DNA of 64,000 nt from Azolla caroliniana (GCA_043228905.1 JBHGNT010000059.1:62001-126000); one strand, 5' to 3'. Shown: positions 23,081 through 36,311, numbered from the stretch's first letter. Notes: generated by a model not told the origin, from the sequence alone. Numbers and translations are program-made.

Positions 23081-24203
23081 TGCTTGTGTTCGGAACTACC
23101 CCGGTTCTCTCTCCGCCTATTTGAGTGTGTCATGGTTGATCCACCCTTATATACACAAGGCCATGCATGTCTAGTACATGCATGTCCCTTCCCACGTCCA
23201 TTCCTATAGACGTTAATGGCATGATCCATACTTGGGCCACGGAAGAGACCATTCACTTTTCACCACCCCCCTTTACGTGTCCAGGATCCTCCTGCTTCGA
23301 CCTACCATATCACTAGCCCTATACTCACCTCCATCACACCAGGAGTGGGATTATGCACTTGGGCATTTCAAATCTACTAACCTATGGACGCTTCGTCCAT
23401 ATTGCAACGTAGACAGTATGTAACCTCATGATAGCCACCTACACATGTGATGCCATTGAGGTTGTAGAGTGCGTATGGGCCTCGTAAAACGAGGATAAGG
23501 TGGTGAGAAAAGGTTTTTAGGGTGTTGGTTCTCTCCACGAAAACGTGCTCGGTGGTTGTGGCCACGAGGGAGTTTAGAATCCATTGCGACCAACATACGG
23601 ACGACGACACGCGTTTTCATTGTGATTACAAGATCCGTCGTCGTTGTGGACGCTTCAACCACCGGAGGAATATGAAGGTGGCACCATTCAAGGACAACAT
23701 TTCTAGGTGAAACATGCGTGGGTTGGTTGGTTCACACGATGATGAAAATGGTAGATAGACATGGGAATGTCATGTGGAATCATGTTTGTAGTAGGAGTTA
23801 CGATCAGCCACTACTATTGCGCACATCATGGTACGGCGAGACACGGCATTGTATGAGGGTGGCTTCAATACAACATTGTGATGGCATCGACGTTTGACGA
23901 GTTTCGCGTTGCTCGTGAGAGAGATAGCGATAGATGGATAGCGATAGATATAGGTAGGGTGGGAGTGGGTAGTGTGCGTGTGGGCACGTTACCTAATCAT
24001 GTGTGCGTGGAGTTTCATTTTGCTTGTGCAATGAGCGAGCGAGGGCACGCGACCTGATCGTGCGTGCGTGCGTGCGTGTTGTGCGCGAGCGTGGGAGAAA
24101 TATGATTGAGAGGGTTATGAGAACGTCAAGACACCACACAGAGCACACCATTTACATTTACGATGTTCAGAAAGTGTATAGTTGAAAAAGTTATGTACGT
24201 TCT

Positions 24204-25280
24204 TTAAAAGTGGCGAATACAAGCGCGTGGGCGAAGATCACATTGTTGGAGAAGGCGAGAGGTTGCCACGCTTAGAAGTTGTTCCTCCTCACCGGCCTTG
24301 AAACGACGACGTTGTTCCTCATCTTGTCGTCCGGTCATGCGATAACGGCGCTCGTCCTCCTCGCGCTCGCTACTGTCTCTCTCTCGCTCGGCATCCTCTT
24401 CCCATTGACGACGTTCCCTTGACACTTGGCTATGGCGGTGACCATCATTGCGTGCCTCTTCTCCGCTAATGTATAAGGCCTCGCGGAGGCGGTTGCAACG
24501 CTCTTCTACGGGGATTTGTTCCACGTTCCTGCAGCATCTTTCGGAGGGCCTTGCATATCGGCTGATTTCATCCCAAGAGGTGCGACGGCTTCGTCCACGT
24601 TCTTCCTTCTCATTACGTTCTTGTAGGTGGCGGACCTGCCCATCGACGAAGTTTTGGCACTCTTGCCTCAACTCTCGGTCTCGTGGCTCATCGCGATCGC
24701 GGCCGCGACGATCCCGTTCCTCTTCGGACTCTCTCTTGTTGTCTCTGCGACGTCCTTCATCGAGGGATCCTTCACGACGTCGGTCGCGCCTCTCCTGCTC
24801 GACATCCTCCTCCCTACGTCGATCGCGCCTCTCGTCGCGTGACTCATCACGATCGCGACCGCGACGATCCCGTTCCTCTTCGGACTCTCTCTTGTTGTCT
24901 CCGTAGCGCCCCTCCTCGATGGACCCCTCGCGACGTCCCCCGCGCCACTCCTCATCGAAATCCTCCTCCCTGCGTCGATCGCGCCTCTCCTCACGTGGCT
25001 CATCGCGATCGTGACTGCGACGATCCCGGTCCTCATCCGACCCTCTCTTGTTGTCTCTGTAGCGCCTCTCATCGATGGATCCCTCACGACGTCCGCTGCG
25101 CCTCTCCTCGTCGACATCCTCCTCCCTACGTCGATCGCGTCTCTCCTCGTCAATGTCTCCCTCTCTTCGTCGATCGCGCCTCTCCTCTTCGCGATCCCGT
25201 CCTACAGATCTAGCATTGGCCGCGCCGCAGGCGGCTAGCATGATAACCGCCATGAGGAATATGATAGTGAGCTTCGCCAT
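24204..25280 (-). CDS. 2S-albumin-like R/E/D-rich secreted protein (R112W)
   Basis: Full 358-aa ORF. Confidence 0.85.
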   Translation of the reverse strand: MAKLTIIFLMAVIMLAACGAANARSVGRDREEERRDRRREGDIDEERRDRRREEDVDEERRSGRREGSIDERRYRDNKRGSDEDRDRRSHDRDEPREERRDRRREEDFDEEWRGGRREGSIEEGRYGDNKRESEEERDRRGRDRDESRDERRDRRREEDVEQERRDRRREGSLDEGRRRDNKRESEEERDRRGRDRDEPRDRELRQECQNFVDGQVRHLQERNEKEERGRSRRTSWDEISRYARPSERCCRNVEQIPVEERCNRLREALYISGEEARNDGHRHSQVSRERRQWEEDAERERDSSEREEDERRYRMTGRQDEEQRRRFKAGEEEQLLSVATSRLLQQCDLRPRACIRHF

Positions 25281-26403
25281 TGCTTGTGTTCGGAACTACC
25301 CCGGTTCTCTCTCCGCCTATTTGAGTGTGTCATGGTTGATCCACCCTTATATACACAAGGCCATGCATGTCTAGTACATGCATGTCCCTTCCCACGTCCA
25401 TTCCTATAGACGTTAATGGCATGATCCATACTTGGGCCACGGAAGAGACCATTCACTTTTCACCACCCCCCTTTACGTGTCCAGGATCCTCCTGCTTCGA
25501 CCTACCATATCACTAGCCCTATACTCACCTCCATCACACCAGGAGTGGGATTATGCACTTGGGCATTTCAAATCTACTAACCTATGGACGCTTCGTCCAT
25601 ATTGCAACGTAGACAGTATGTAACCTCATGATAGCCACCTACACATGTGATGCCATTGAGGTTGTAGAGTGCGTATGGGCCTCGTAAAACGAGGATAAGG
25701 TGGTGAGAAAAGGTTTTTAGGGTGTTGGTTCTCTCCACGAAAACGTGCTCGGTGGTTGTGGCCACGAGGGAGTTTAGAATCCATTGCGACCAACATACGG
25801 ACGACGACACGCGTTTTCATTGTGATTACAAGATCCGTCGTCGTTGTGGACGCTTCAACCACCGGAGGAATATGAAGGTGGCACCATTCAAGGACAACAT
25901 TTCTAGGTGAAACATGCGTGGGTTGGTTGGTTCACACGATGATGAAAATGGTAGATAGACATGGGAATGTCATGTGGAATCATGTTTGTAGTAGGAGTTA
26001 CGATCAGCCACTACTATTGCGCACATCATGGTACGGCGAGACACGGCATTGTACGAGGGTGGCTTCAATACAACATTGTGATGGCATCGACGTTTGACGA
26101 GTTTCGCGTTGCTCGTGAGAGAGATAGCGATAGATGGATAGCGATAGATATAGGTAGGGTGGGAGTGGGTAGTGTGCGTGTGGGCACGTTACCTAATCAT
26201 GTGTGCGTGGAGTTTCATTTTGCTTGTGCAATGAGCGAGCGAGGGCACGCGACCTGATCGTGCGTGCGTGCGTGCGTGTTGTGCGCGAGCGTGGGAGAAA
26301 TATGATTGAGAGGGTTATGAGAACGTCAAGACACCACACAGAGCACACCATTTACATTTACGATGTTCAGAAAGTGTATAGTTGAAAAAGTTATGTACGT
26401 TCT

Positions 26404-27480
26404 TTAAAAGTGGCGAATACAAGCGCGTGGGCGAAGATCACATTGTTGGAGAAGGCGAGAGGTTGCCACGCTTAGAAGTTGTTCCTCCTCACCGGCCTTG
26501 AAACGACGACGTTGTTCCTCATCTTGTCGTCCGGTCATGCGATAACGGCGCTCGTCCTCCTCGCGCTCGCTACTGTCTCTCTCTCGCTCGGCATCCTCTT
26601 CCCATTGACGACGTTCCCTTGACACTTGGCTATGGCGGTGACCATCATTGCGTGCCTCTTCTCCGCTAATGTATAAGGCCTCGCGGAGGCGGTTGCAACG
26701 CTCTTCTACGGGGATTTGTTCCACGTTCCTGCAGCATCTTTCGGAGGGCCTTGCATATCGGCTGATTTCATCCCAAGAGGTGCGACGGCTTCGTCCACGT
26801 TCTTCCTTCTCATTACGTTCTTGTAGGTGGCGGACCTGCCCATCGACGAAGTTTTGGCACTCTTGCCTCAACTCTCGGTCTCGTGGCTCATCGCGATCGC
26901 GGCCGCGACGATCCCGTTCCTCTTCGGACTCTCTCTTGTTGTCTCTGCGACGTCCTTCATCGAGGGATCCTTCACGACGTCGGTCGCGCCTCTCCTGCTC
27001 GACATCCTCCTCCCTACGTCGATCGCGCCTCTCGTCGCGTGACTCATCACGATCGCGACCGCGACGATCCCGTTCCTCTTCGGACTCTCTCTTGTTGTCT
27101 CCGTAGCGCCCCTCCTCGATGGACCCCTCGCGACGTCCCCCGCGCCACTCCTCATCGAAATCCTCCTCCCTGCGTCGATCGCGCCTCTCCTCACGTGGCT
27201 CATCGCGATCGTGACTGCGACGATCCCGGTCCTCATCCGACCCTCTCTTGTTGTCTCTGTAGCGCCTCTCATCGATGGATCCCTCACGACGTCCGCTGCG
27301 CCTCTCCTCGTCGACATCCTCCTCCCTACGTCGATCGCGTCTCTCCTCGTCAATGTCTCCCTCTCTTCGTCGATCGCGCCTCTCCTCTTCGCGATCCCGT
27401 CCTACAGATCTAGCATTGGCCGCGCCGCAGGCGGCTAGCATGATAACCGCCATGAGGAATATGATAGTGAGCTTCGCCAT
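26404..27480 (-). CDS. 2S-albumin-like R/E/D-rich secreted protein (R112W)
   Basis: Full 358-aa ORF. Confidence 0.85.
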   Translation of the reverse strand: MAKLTIIFLMAVIMLAACGAANARSVGRDREEERRDRRREGDIDEERRDRRREEDVDEERRSGRREGSIDERRYRDNKRGSDEDRDRRSHDRDEPREERRDRRREEDFDEEWRGGRREGSIEEGRYGDNKRESEEERDRRGRDRDESRDERRDRRREEDVEQERRDRRREGSLDEGRRRDNKRESEEERDRRGRDRDEPRDRELRQECQNFVDGQVRHLQERNEKEERGRSRRTSWDEISRYARPSERCCRNVEQIPVEERCNRLREALYISGEEARNDGHRHSQVSRERRQWEEDAERERDSSEREEDERRYRMTGRQDEEQRRRFKAGEEEQLLSVATSRLLQQCDLRPRACIRHF

Positions 27481-28603
27481 TGCTTGTGTTCGGAACTACC
27501 CCGGTTCTCTCTCCGCCTATTTGAGTGTGTCATGGTTGATCCACCCTTATATACACAAGGCCATGCATGTCTAGTACATGCATGTCCCTTCCCACGTCCA
27601 TTCCTATAGACGTTAATGGCATGATCCATACTTGGGCCACGGAAGAGACCATTCACTTTTCACCACCCCCCTTTACGTGTCCAGGATCCTCCTGCTTCGA
27701 CCTACCATATCACTAGCCCTATACTCACCTCCATCACACCAGGAGTGGGATTATGCACTTGGGCATTTCAAATCTACTAACCTATGGACGCTTCGTCCAT
27801 ATTGCAACGTAGACAGTATGTAACCTCATGATAGCCACCTACACATGTGATGCCATTGAGGTTGTAGAGTGCGTATGGGCCTCGTAAAACGAGGATAAGG
27901 TGGTGAGAAAAGGTTTTTAGGGTGTTGGTTCTCTCCACGAAAACGTGCTCGGTGGTTGTGGCCACGAGGGAGTTTAGAATCCATTGCGACCAACATACGG
28001 ACGACGACACGCGTTTTCATTGTGATTACAAGATCCGTCGTCGTTGTGGACGCTGCAACCACCGGAGGAATATGAAGGTGGCACCATTCAAGGACAACAT
28101 TTCTAGGTGAAACATGCGTGGGTTGGTTGGTTCACACGATGATGAAAATGGTAGATAGACATGGGAATGTCATGTGGAATCATGTTTGTAGTAGGAGTTA
28201 CGATCAGCCACTACTATTGCGCACATCATGGTACGGCGAGACACGGCATTGTACGAGGGTGGCTTCAATACAACATTGTGATGGCATCGACGTTTGACGA
28301 GTTTCGCGTTGCTCGTGAGAGAGATAGCGATAGATGGATAGCGATAGATATAGGTAGGGTGGGAGTGGGTAGTGTGCGTGTGGGCACGTTACCTAATCAT
28401 GTGTGCGTGGAGTTTCATTTTGCTTGTGCAATGAGCGAGCGAGGGCACGCGACCTGATCGTGCGTGCGTGCGTGCGTGTTGTGCGCGAGCGTGGGAGAAA
28501 TATGATTGAGAGGGTTATGAGAACGTCAAGACACCACACAGAGCACACCATTTACATTTACGATGTTCAGAAAGTGTATAGTTGAAAAAGTTATGTACGT
28601 TCT

Positions 28604-29680
28604 TTAAAAGTGGCGAATACAAGCGCGTGGGCGAAGATCACATTGTTGGAGAAGGCGAGAGGTTGCCACGCTTAGAAGTTGTTCCTCCTCACCGGCCTTG
28701 AAACGACGACGTTGTTCCTCATCTTGTCGTCCGGTCATGCGATAACGGCGCTCGTCCTCCTCGCGCTCGCTACTGTCTCTCTCTCGCTCGGCATCCTCTT
28801 CCCATTGACGACGTTCCCTTGACACTTGGCTATGGCGGTGACCATCATTGCGTGCCTCTTCTCCGCTAATGTATAAGGCCTCGCGGAGGCGGTTGCAACG
28901 CTCTTCTACGGGGATTTGTTCCACGTTCCTGCAGCATCTTTCGGAGGGCCTTGCATATCGGCTGATTTCATCCCAAGAGGTGCGACGGCTTCGTCCACGT
29001 TCTTCCTTCTCATTACGTTCTTGTAGGTGGCGGACCTGCCCATCGACGAAGTTTTGGCACTCTTGCCTCAACTCTCGGTCTCGTGGCTCATCGCGATCGC
29101 GGCCGCGACGATCCCGTTCCTCTTCGGACTCTCTCTTGTTGTCTCTGCGACGTCCTTCATCGAGGGATCCTTCACGACGTCGGTCGCGCCTCTCCTGCTC
29201 GACATCCTCCTCCCTACGTCGATCGCGCCTCTCGTCGCGTGACTCATCACGATCGCGACCGCGACGATCCCGTTCCTCTTCGGACTCTCTCTTGTTGTCT
29301 CCGTAGCGCCCCTCCTCGATGGACCCCTCGCGACGTCCCCCGCGCCACTCCTCATCGAAATCCTCCTCCCTGCGTCGATCGCGCCTCTCCTCACGTGGCT
29401 CATCGCGATCGTGACTGCGACGATCCCGGTCCTCATCCGACCCTCTCTTGTTGTCTCTGTAGCGCCTCTCATCGATGGATCCCTCACGACGTCCGCTGCG
29501 CCTCTCCTCGTCGACATCCTCCTCCCTACGTCGATCGCGTCTCTCCTCGTCAATGTCTCCCTCTCTTCGTCGATCGCGCCTCTCCTCTTCGCGATCCCGT
29601 CCTACAGATCTAGCATTGGCCGCGCCGCAGGCGGCTAGCATGATAACCGCCATGAGGAATATGATAGTGAGCTTCGCCAT
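28604..29680 (-). CDS. 2S-albumin-like R/E/D-rich secreted protein (R112W)
   Basis: Full 358-aa ORF. Confidence 0.85.
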   Translation of the reverse strand: MAKLTIIFLMAVIMLAACGAANARSVGRDREEERRDRRREGDIDEERRDRRREEDVDEERRSGRREGSIDERRYRDNKRGSDEDRDRRSHDRDEPREERRDRRREEDFDEEWRGGRREGSIEEGRYGDNKRESEEERDRRGRDRDESRDERRDRRREEDVEQERRDRRREGSLDEGRRRDNKRESEEERDRRGRDRDEPRDRELRQECQNFVDGQVRHLQERNEKEERGRSRRTSWDEISRYARPSERCCRNVEQIPVEERCNRLREALYISGEEARNDGHRHSQVSRERRQWEEDAERERDSSEREEDERRYRMTGRQDEEQRRRFKAGEEEQLLSVATSRLLQQCDLRPRACIRHF

Positions 29681-30803
29681 TGCTTGTGTTCGGAACTACC
29701 CCGGTTCTCTCTCCGCCTATTTGAGTGTGTCATGGTTGATCCACCCTTATATACACAAGGCCATGCATGTCTAGTACATGCATGTCCCTTCCCACGTCCA
29801 TTCCTATAGACGTTAATGGCATGATCCATACTTGGGCCACGGAAGAGACCATTCACTTTTCACCACCCCCCTTTACGTGTCCAGGATCCTCCTGCTTCGA
29901 CCTACCATATCACTAGCCCTATACTCACCTCCATCACACCAGGAGTGGGATTATGCACTTGGGCATTTCAAATCTACTAACCTATGGACGCTTCGTCCAT
30001 ATTGCAACGTAGACAGTATGTAACCTCATGATAGCCACCTACACATGTGATGCCATTGAGGTTGTAGAGTGCGTATGGGCCTCGTAAAACGAGGATAAGG
30101 TGGTGAGAAAAGGTTTTTAGGGTGTTGGTTCTCTCCACGAAAACGTGCTCGGTGGTTGTGGCCACGAGGGAGTTTAGAATCCATTGCGACCAACATACGG
30201 ACGACGACACGCGTTTTCATTGTGATTACAAGATCCGTCGTCGTTGTGGACGCTTCAACCACCGGAGGAATATGAAGGTGGCACCATTCAAGGACAACAT
30301 TTCTAGGTGAAACATGCGTGGGTTGGTTGGTTCACACGATGATGAAAATGGTAGATAGACATGGGAATGTCATGTGGAATCATGTTTGTAGTAGGAGTTA
30401 CGATCAGCCACTACTATTGCGCACATCATGGTACGGCGAGACACGGCATTGTATGAGGGTGGCTTCAATACAACATTGTGATGGCATCGACGTTTGACGA
30501 GTTTCGCGTTGCTCGTGAGAGAGATAGCGATAGATGGATAGCGATAGATATAGGTAGGGTGGGAGTGGGTAGTGTGCGTGTGGGCACGTTACCTAATCAT
30601 GTGTGCGTGGAGTTTCATTTTGCTTGTGCAATGAGCGAGCGAGGGCACGCGACCTGATCGTGCGTGCGTGCGTGCGTGTTGTGCGCGAGCGTGGGAGAAA
30701 TATGATTGAGAGGGTTATGAGAACGTCAAGACACCACACAGAGCACACCATTTACATTTACGATGTTCAGAAAGTGTATAGTTGAAAAAGTTATGTACGT
30801 TCT

Positions 30804-31880
30804 TTAAAAGTGGCGAATACAAGCGCGTGGGCGAAGATCACATTGTTGGAGAAGGCGAGAGGTTGCCACGCTTAGAAGTTGTTCCTCCTCACCGGCCTTG
30901 AAACGACGACGTTGTTCCTCATCTTGTCGTCCGGTCATGCGATAACGGCGCTCGTCCTCCTCGCGCTCGCTACTGTCTCTCTCTCGCTCGGCATCCTCTT
31001 CCCATTGACGACGTTCCCTTGACACTTGGCTATGGCGGTGACCATCATTGCGTGCCTCTTCTCCGCTAATGTATAAGGCCTCGCGGAGGCGGTTGCAACG
31101 CTCTTCTACGGGGATTTGTTCCACGTTCCTGCAGCATCTTTCGGAGGGCCTTGCATATCGGCTGATTTCATCCCAAGAGGTGCGACGGCTTCGTCCACGT
31201 TCTTCCTTCTCATTACGTTCTTGTAGGTGGCGGACCTGCCCATCGACGAAGTTTTGGCACTCTTGCCTCAACTCTCGGTCTCGTGGCTCATCGCGATCGC
31301 GGCCGCGACGATCCCGTTCCTCTTCGGACTCTCTCTTGTTGTCTCTGCGACGTCCTTCATCGAGGGATCCTTCACGACGTCGGTCGCGCCTCTCCTGCTC
31401 GACATCCTCCTCCCTACGTCGATCGCGCCTCTCGTCGCGTGACTCATCACGATCGCGACCGCGACGATCCCGTTCCTCTTCGGACTCTCTCTTGTTGTCT
31501 CCGTAGCGCCCCTCCTCGATGGACCCCTCGCGACGTCCCCCGCGCCTCTCCTCATCGAAATCCTCCTCCCTGCGTCGATCGCGCCTCTCCTCACGTGGCT
31601 CATCGCGATCGTGACTGCGACGATCCCGGTCCTCATCCGACCCTCTCTTGTTGTCTCTGTAGCGCCTCTCATCGATGGATCCCTCACGACGTCCGCTGCG
31701 CCTCTCCTCGTCGACATCCTCCTCCCTACGTCGATCGCGTCTCTCCTCGTCAATGTCTCCCTCTCTTCGTCGATCGCGCCTCTCCTCTTCGCGATCCCGT
31801 CCTACAGATCTAGCATTGGCCGCGCCGCAGGCGGCTAGCATGATAACCGCCATGAGGAATATGATAGTGAGCTTCGCCAT
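30804..31880 (-). CDS. 2S-albumin-like R/E/D-rich secreted protein
   Basis: Full 358-aa ORF, consensus protein. Confidence 0.85.
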   Translation of the reverse strand: MAKLTIIFLMAVIMLAACGAANARSVGRDREEERRDRRREGDIDEERRDRRREEDVDEERRSGRREGSIDERRYRDNKRGSDEDRDRRSHDRDEPREERRDRRREEDFDEERRGGRREGSIEEGRYGDNKRESEEERDRRGRDRDESRDERRDRRREEDVEQERRDRRREGSLDEGRRRDNKRESEEERDRRGRDRDEPRDRELRQECQNFVDGQVRHLQERNEKEERGRSRRTSWDEISRYARPSERCCRNVEQIPVEERCNRLREALYISGEEARNDGHRHSQVSRERRQWEEDAERERDSSEREEDERRYRMTGRQDEEQRRRFKAGEEEQLLSVATSRLLQQCDLRPRACIRHF

Positions 31881-33038
31881 TGCTTGTGTTCGGAACTACC
31901 CCGGTTCTCTCTCCGCCTATTTGAGTGTGTCATGGTTGATCCACCCTTATATACACAAGGCCATGCATGTCTAGTACATGCATGTCCCTTCCCACGTCCA
32001 TTCCTATAGACGTTAATGGCATGATCCATACTTGGGCCACGGAAGAGACCATTCACTTTTCACCACCCCCCTTTACGTGTCCAGGATCCTCCTGCTTCGA
32101 CCTACCATATCACTAGCCCTATACTCACCTCCATCACACCAGGAGTGGGATTATGCACTTGGGCATTTCAAATCTACTAACCTATGGACGCTTCGTCCAT
32201 ATTGCAACGTAGACAGTATGTAACCTCATGATAGCCACCTACACATGTGATGCCATTGAGGTTGTAGAGTGCGTATGGGCCTCGTAAAACGAGGATAAGG
32301 TGGTGAGAAAAGGTTTTTAGGGTGTTGGTTCTCTCCACGAAAACGTGCTCGGTGGTTGTGGCCACGAGGGAGTTTAGAATCCATTGCGACCAACATACGG
32401 ACGACGACACGCGTTTTCATTGTGATTACAAGATCCGTCGTCGTTGTGGACGCTTCAACCACCGGAGGAATATGAAGGTGGCACCATTCAAGGACAACAT
32501 TTCTAGGTGAAACATGCGTGGGTTGGTTGGTTCACACGATGATGAAAATGGTAGATAGACATGGGAATGTCATGTGGAATCATATTTGTAGTAGGAGTTA
32601 CGATCAGCCACTACTATTGCGCACATCATGGTACGGCGAGACACGGCATTGTATGAGGGTGGCTTCAATACAACATTGTGATGGCATCGACGTTTGACGA
32701 GTTTCGCGTTGCTCGTGAGAGAGATAGCGATAGATGGATAGCGATAGATATAGGTAGGGTGGGAGTGGGTAGTGTGCGATAGATATAGGTAGGGTGGGAG
32801 TGGGTAGTGTGCGTGTGGGCACGTTACCTAATCATGTGTGCGTGGAGTTTCATTTTGCTTGTGCAATGAGCGAGCGAGGGCACGCGACCTGATCGTGCGT
32901 GCGTGCGTGCGTGTTGTGCGCGAGCGTGGGAGAAATATGATTGAGAGGGTTATGAGAACGTCAAGACACCACACAGAGCACACCATTTACATTTACGATG
33001 TTCAGAAAGTGTATAGTTGAAAAAGTTATGTACGTTCT

Positions 33039-34115
33039 TTAAAAGTGGCGAATACAAGCGCGTGGGCGAAGATCACATTGTTGGAGAAGGCGAGAGGTTG
33101 CCACGCTTAGAAGTTGTTCCTCCTCACCGGCCTTGAAACGACGACGTTGTTCCTCATCTTGTCGTCCGGTCATGCGATAACGGCGCTCGTCCTCCTCGCG
33201 CTCGCTACTGTCTCTCTCTCGCTCGGCATCCTCTTCCCATTGACGACGTTCCCTTGACACTTGGCTATGGCGGTGACCATCATTGCGTGCCTCTTCTCCG
33301 CTAATGTATAAGGCCTCGCGGAGGCGGTTGCAACGCTCTTCTACGGGGATTTGTTCCACGTTCCTGCAGCATCTTTCGGAGGGCCTTGCATATCGGCTGA
33401 TTTCATCCCAAGAGGTGCGACGGCTTCGTCCACGTTCTTCCTTCTCATTACGTTCTTGTAGGTGGCGGACCTGCCCATCGACGAAGTTTTGGCACTCTTG
33501 CCTCAACTCTCGGTCTCGTGGCTCATCGCGATCGCGGCCGCGACGATCCCGTTCCTCCTCGGACTCTCTCTTGTTGTCTCTGCGACGTCCTTCATCGAGG
33601 GATCCTTCACGACGTCGGTCGCGCCTCTCCTGCTCGACATCCTCCTCCCTACGTCGATCGCGCCTCTCGTCGCGTGACTCATCACGATCGCGACCGCGAC
33701 GATCCCGTTCCTCTTCGGACTCTCTCTTGTTGTCTCCGTAGCGCCCCTCCTCGATGGACCCCTCGCGACGTCCCCCGCGCCTCTCCTCATCGAAATCCTC
33801 CTCCCTGCGTCGATCGCGCCTCTCCTCACGTGGCTCATCGCGATCGTGACTGCGACGATCCCGGTCCTCATCCGACCCTCTCTTGTTGTCTCTGTAGCGC
33901 CTCTCATCGATGGATCCCTCACGACGTCCGCTGCGCCTCTCCTCGTCGACATCCTCCTCCCTACGTCGATCGCGTCTCTCCTCGTCAATGTCTCCCTCTC
34001 TTCGTCGATCGCGCCTCTCCTCTTCGCGATCCCGTCCTACAGATCTAGCATTGGCCGCGCCGCAGGCGGCTAGCATGATAACCGCCATGAGGAATATGAT
34101 AGTGAGCTTCGCCAT
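33039..34115 (-). CDS. 2S-albumin-like R/E/D-rich secreted protein
   Basis: Full 358-aa ORF, consensus protein. Confidence 0.85.
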   Translation of the reverse strand: MAKLTIIFLMAVIMLAACGAANARSVGRDREEERRDRRREGDIDEERRDRRREEDVDEERRSGRREGSIDERRYRDNKRGSDEDRDRRSHDRDEPREERRDRRREEDFDEERRGGRREGSIEEGRYGDNKRESEEERDRRGRDRDESRDERRDRRREEDVEQERRDRRREGSLDEGRRRDNKRESEEERDRRGRDRDEPRDRELRQECQNFVDGQVRHLQERNEKEERGRSRRTSWDEISRYARPSERCCRNVEQIPVEERCNRLREALYISGEEARNDGHRHSQVSRERRQWEEDAERERDSSEREEDERRYRMTGRQDEEQRRRFKAGEEEQLLSVATSRLLQQCDLRPRACIRHF

Positions 34116-35234
34116 TGCTTGTGTTCGGAACTACCCCGGTTCTCTCTCCGCCTATTTGAGTGTGTCATGGTTGATCCACCCTTATATACACAAGGCCATG
34201 CATGTCTAGTACATGCATGTCCCTTCCCACGTCCATTCCTATAGACGTTAATGGCATGATCCATACTTGGGCCACGGAAGAGACCATTCACTTTTCACCA
34301 CCCCCCTTTACGTGTCCAGGATCCTCCTGCTTCGACCTACCATATCACTAGCCCTATACTCACCTCCATCACACCAGGAGTGGGATTATGCACTTGGGCA
34401 TTTCAAATCTACTAACCTATGGACGCTTCGTCCATATTGCAACGTAGACAGTATGTAACCTCATGATAGCCACCTACACATGTGATGCCATTGAGGTTGT
34501 AGAGTGCGTATGGGCCTCGTAAAACGAGGATAAGGTGGTGAGAAAAGGTTTTTAGGGTGTTGGTTCTCTCCACGAAAACGTGCTCGGTGGTTGTGGCCAC
34601 GAGGGAGTTTAGAATCCATTGCGACCAACATACGGACGACGACACGCGTTTTCATTGTGATTACAAGATCCGTCGTCGTTGTGGACGCTGCAACCACCGG
34701 AGGAATATGAAGGTGGCACCATTCAAGGACAACATTTCTAGGTGAAACATGCGTGGGTTGGTTGGTTCACACGATGATGAAAATGGTAGATAGACATGGG
34801 AATGTCATGTGGAATCATGTTTGTAGTAGGAGTTACGATCAGCCACTACTATTGCGCACATCATGGTACGGCGAGACACGGCATTGTATGAGGGTGGCTT
34901 CAATACAACATTGTGATGGCATCGACGTTTGACGAGTTTCGCGTTGCTCGTGAGAGAGATAGCGATAGATGGATAGCGATAGATATAGGTAGGGTGGGAG
35001 TGGGTAGTGTGCGTGTGGGCACGTTACCTAATCATGTGTGCGTGGAGTTTCATTTTGCTTGTGCAATGAGCGAGCGAGGGCACGCGACCTGATCGTGCGT
35101 GCGTGCGTGTTGTGCGCGAGCGTGGGAGAAATATGATTGAGAGGGTTATGAGAACGTCAAGACACCACACAGAGCACACCATTTACATTTACGATGTTCA
35201 GAAAGTGTATAGTTGAAAAAGTTATGTACGTTCT

Positions 35235-36311
35235 TTAAAAGTGGCGAATACAAGCGCGTGGGCGAAGATCACATTGTTGGAGAAGGCGAGAGGTTGCCAC
35301 GCTTAGAAGTTGTTCCTCCTCACCGGCCTTGAAACGACGACGTTGTTCCTCATCTTGTCGTCCGGTCATGCGATAACGGCGCTCGTCCTCCTCGCGCTCG
35401 CTACTGTCTCTCTCTCGCTCGGCATCCTCTTCCCATTGACGACGTTCCCTTGACACTTGGCTATGGCGGTGACCATCATTGCGTGCCTCTTCTCCGCTAA
35501 TGTATAAGGCCTCGCGGAGGCGGTTGCAACGCTCTTCTACGGGGATTTGTTCCACGTTCCTGCAGCATCTTTCGGAGGGCCTTGCATATCGGCTGATTTC
35601 ATCCCAAGAGGTGCGACGGCTTCGTCCACGTTCTTCCTTCTCATTACGTTCTTGTAGGTGGCGGACCTGCCCATCGACGAAGTTTTGGCACTCTTGCCTC
35701 AACTCTCGGTCTCGTGGCTCATCGCGATCGCGGCCGCGACGATCCCGTTCCTCTTCGGACTCTCTCTTGTTGTCTCTGCGACGTCCTTCATCGAGGGATC
35801 CTTCACGACGTCGGTCGCGCCTCTCCTGCTCGACATCCTCCTCCCTACGTCGATCGCGCCTCTCGTCGCGTGACTCATCACGATCGCGACCGCGACGATC
35901 CCGTTCCTCTTCGGACTCTCTCTTGTTGTCTCCGTAGCGCCCCTCCTCGATGGACCCCTCGCGACGTCCCCCGCGCCTCTCCTCATCGAAATCCTCCTCC
36001 CTGCGTCGATCGCGCCTCTCCTCACGTGGCTCATCGCGATCGTGACTGCGACGATCCCGGTCCTCATCCGACCCTCTCTTGTTGTCTCTGTAGCGCCTCT
36101 CATCGATGGATCCCTCACGACGTCCGTTGCGCCTCTCCTCGTCGACATCCTCCTCCCTACGTCGATCGCGTCTCTCCTCGTCAATGTCTCCCTCTCTTCG
36201 TCGATCGCGCCTCTCCTCTTCGCGATCCCGTCCTACAGATCTAGCATTGGCCGCGCCGCAGGCGGCTAGCATGATAACCGCCATGAGGAATATGATAGTG
36301 AGCTTCGCCAT
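35235..36311 (-). CDS. 2S-albumin-like R/E/D-rich secreted protein (S62N)
   Basis: Full 358-aa ORF. Confidence 0.85.
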   Translation of the reverse strand: MAKLTIIFLMAVIMLAACGAANARSVGRDREEERRDRRREGDIDEERRDRRREEDVDEERRNGRREGSIDERRYRDNKRGSDEDRDRRSHDRDEPREERRDRRREEDFDEERRGGRREGSIEEGRYGDNKRESEEERDRRGRDRDESRDERRDRRREEDVEQERRDRRREGSLDEGRRRDNKRESEEERDRRGRDRDEPRDRELRQECQNFVDGQVRHLQERNEKEERGRSRRTSWDEISRYARPSERCCRNVEQIPVEERCNRLREALYISGEEARNDGHRHSQVSRERRQWEEDAERERDSSEREEDERRYRMTGRQDEEQRRRFKAGEEEQLLSVATSRLLQQCDLRPRACIRHF

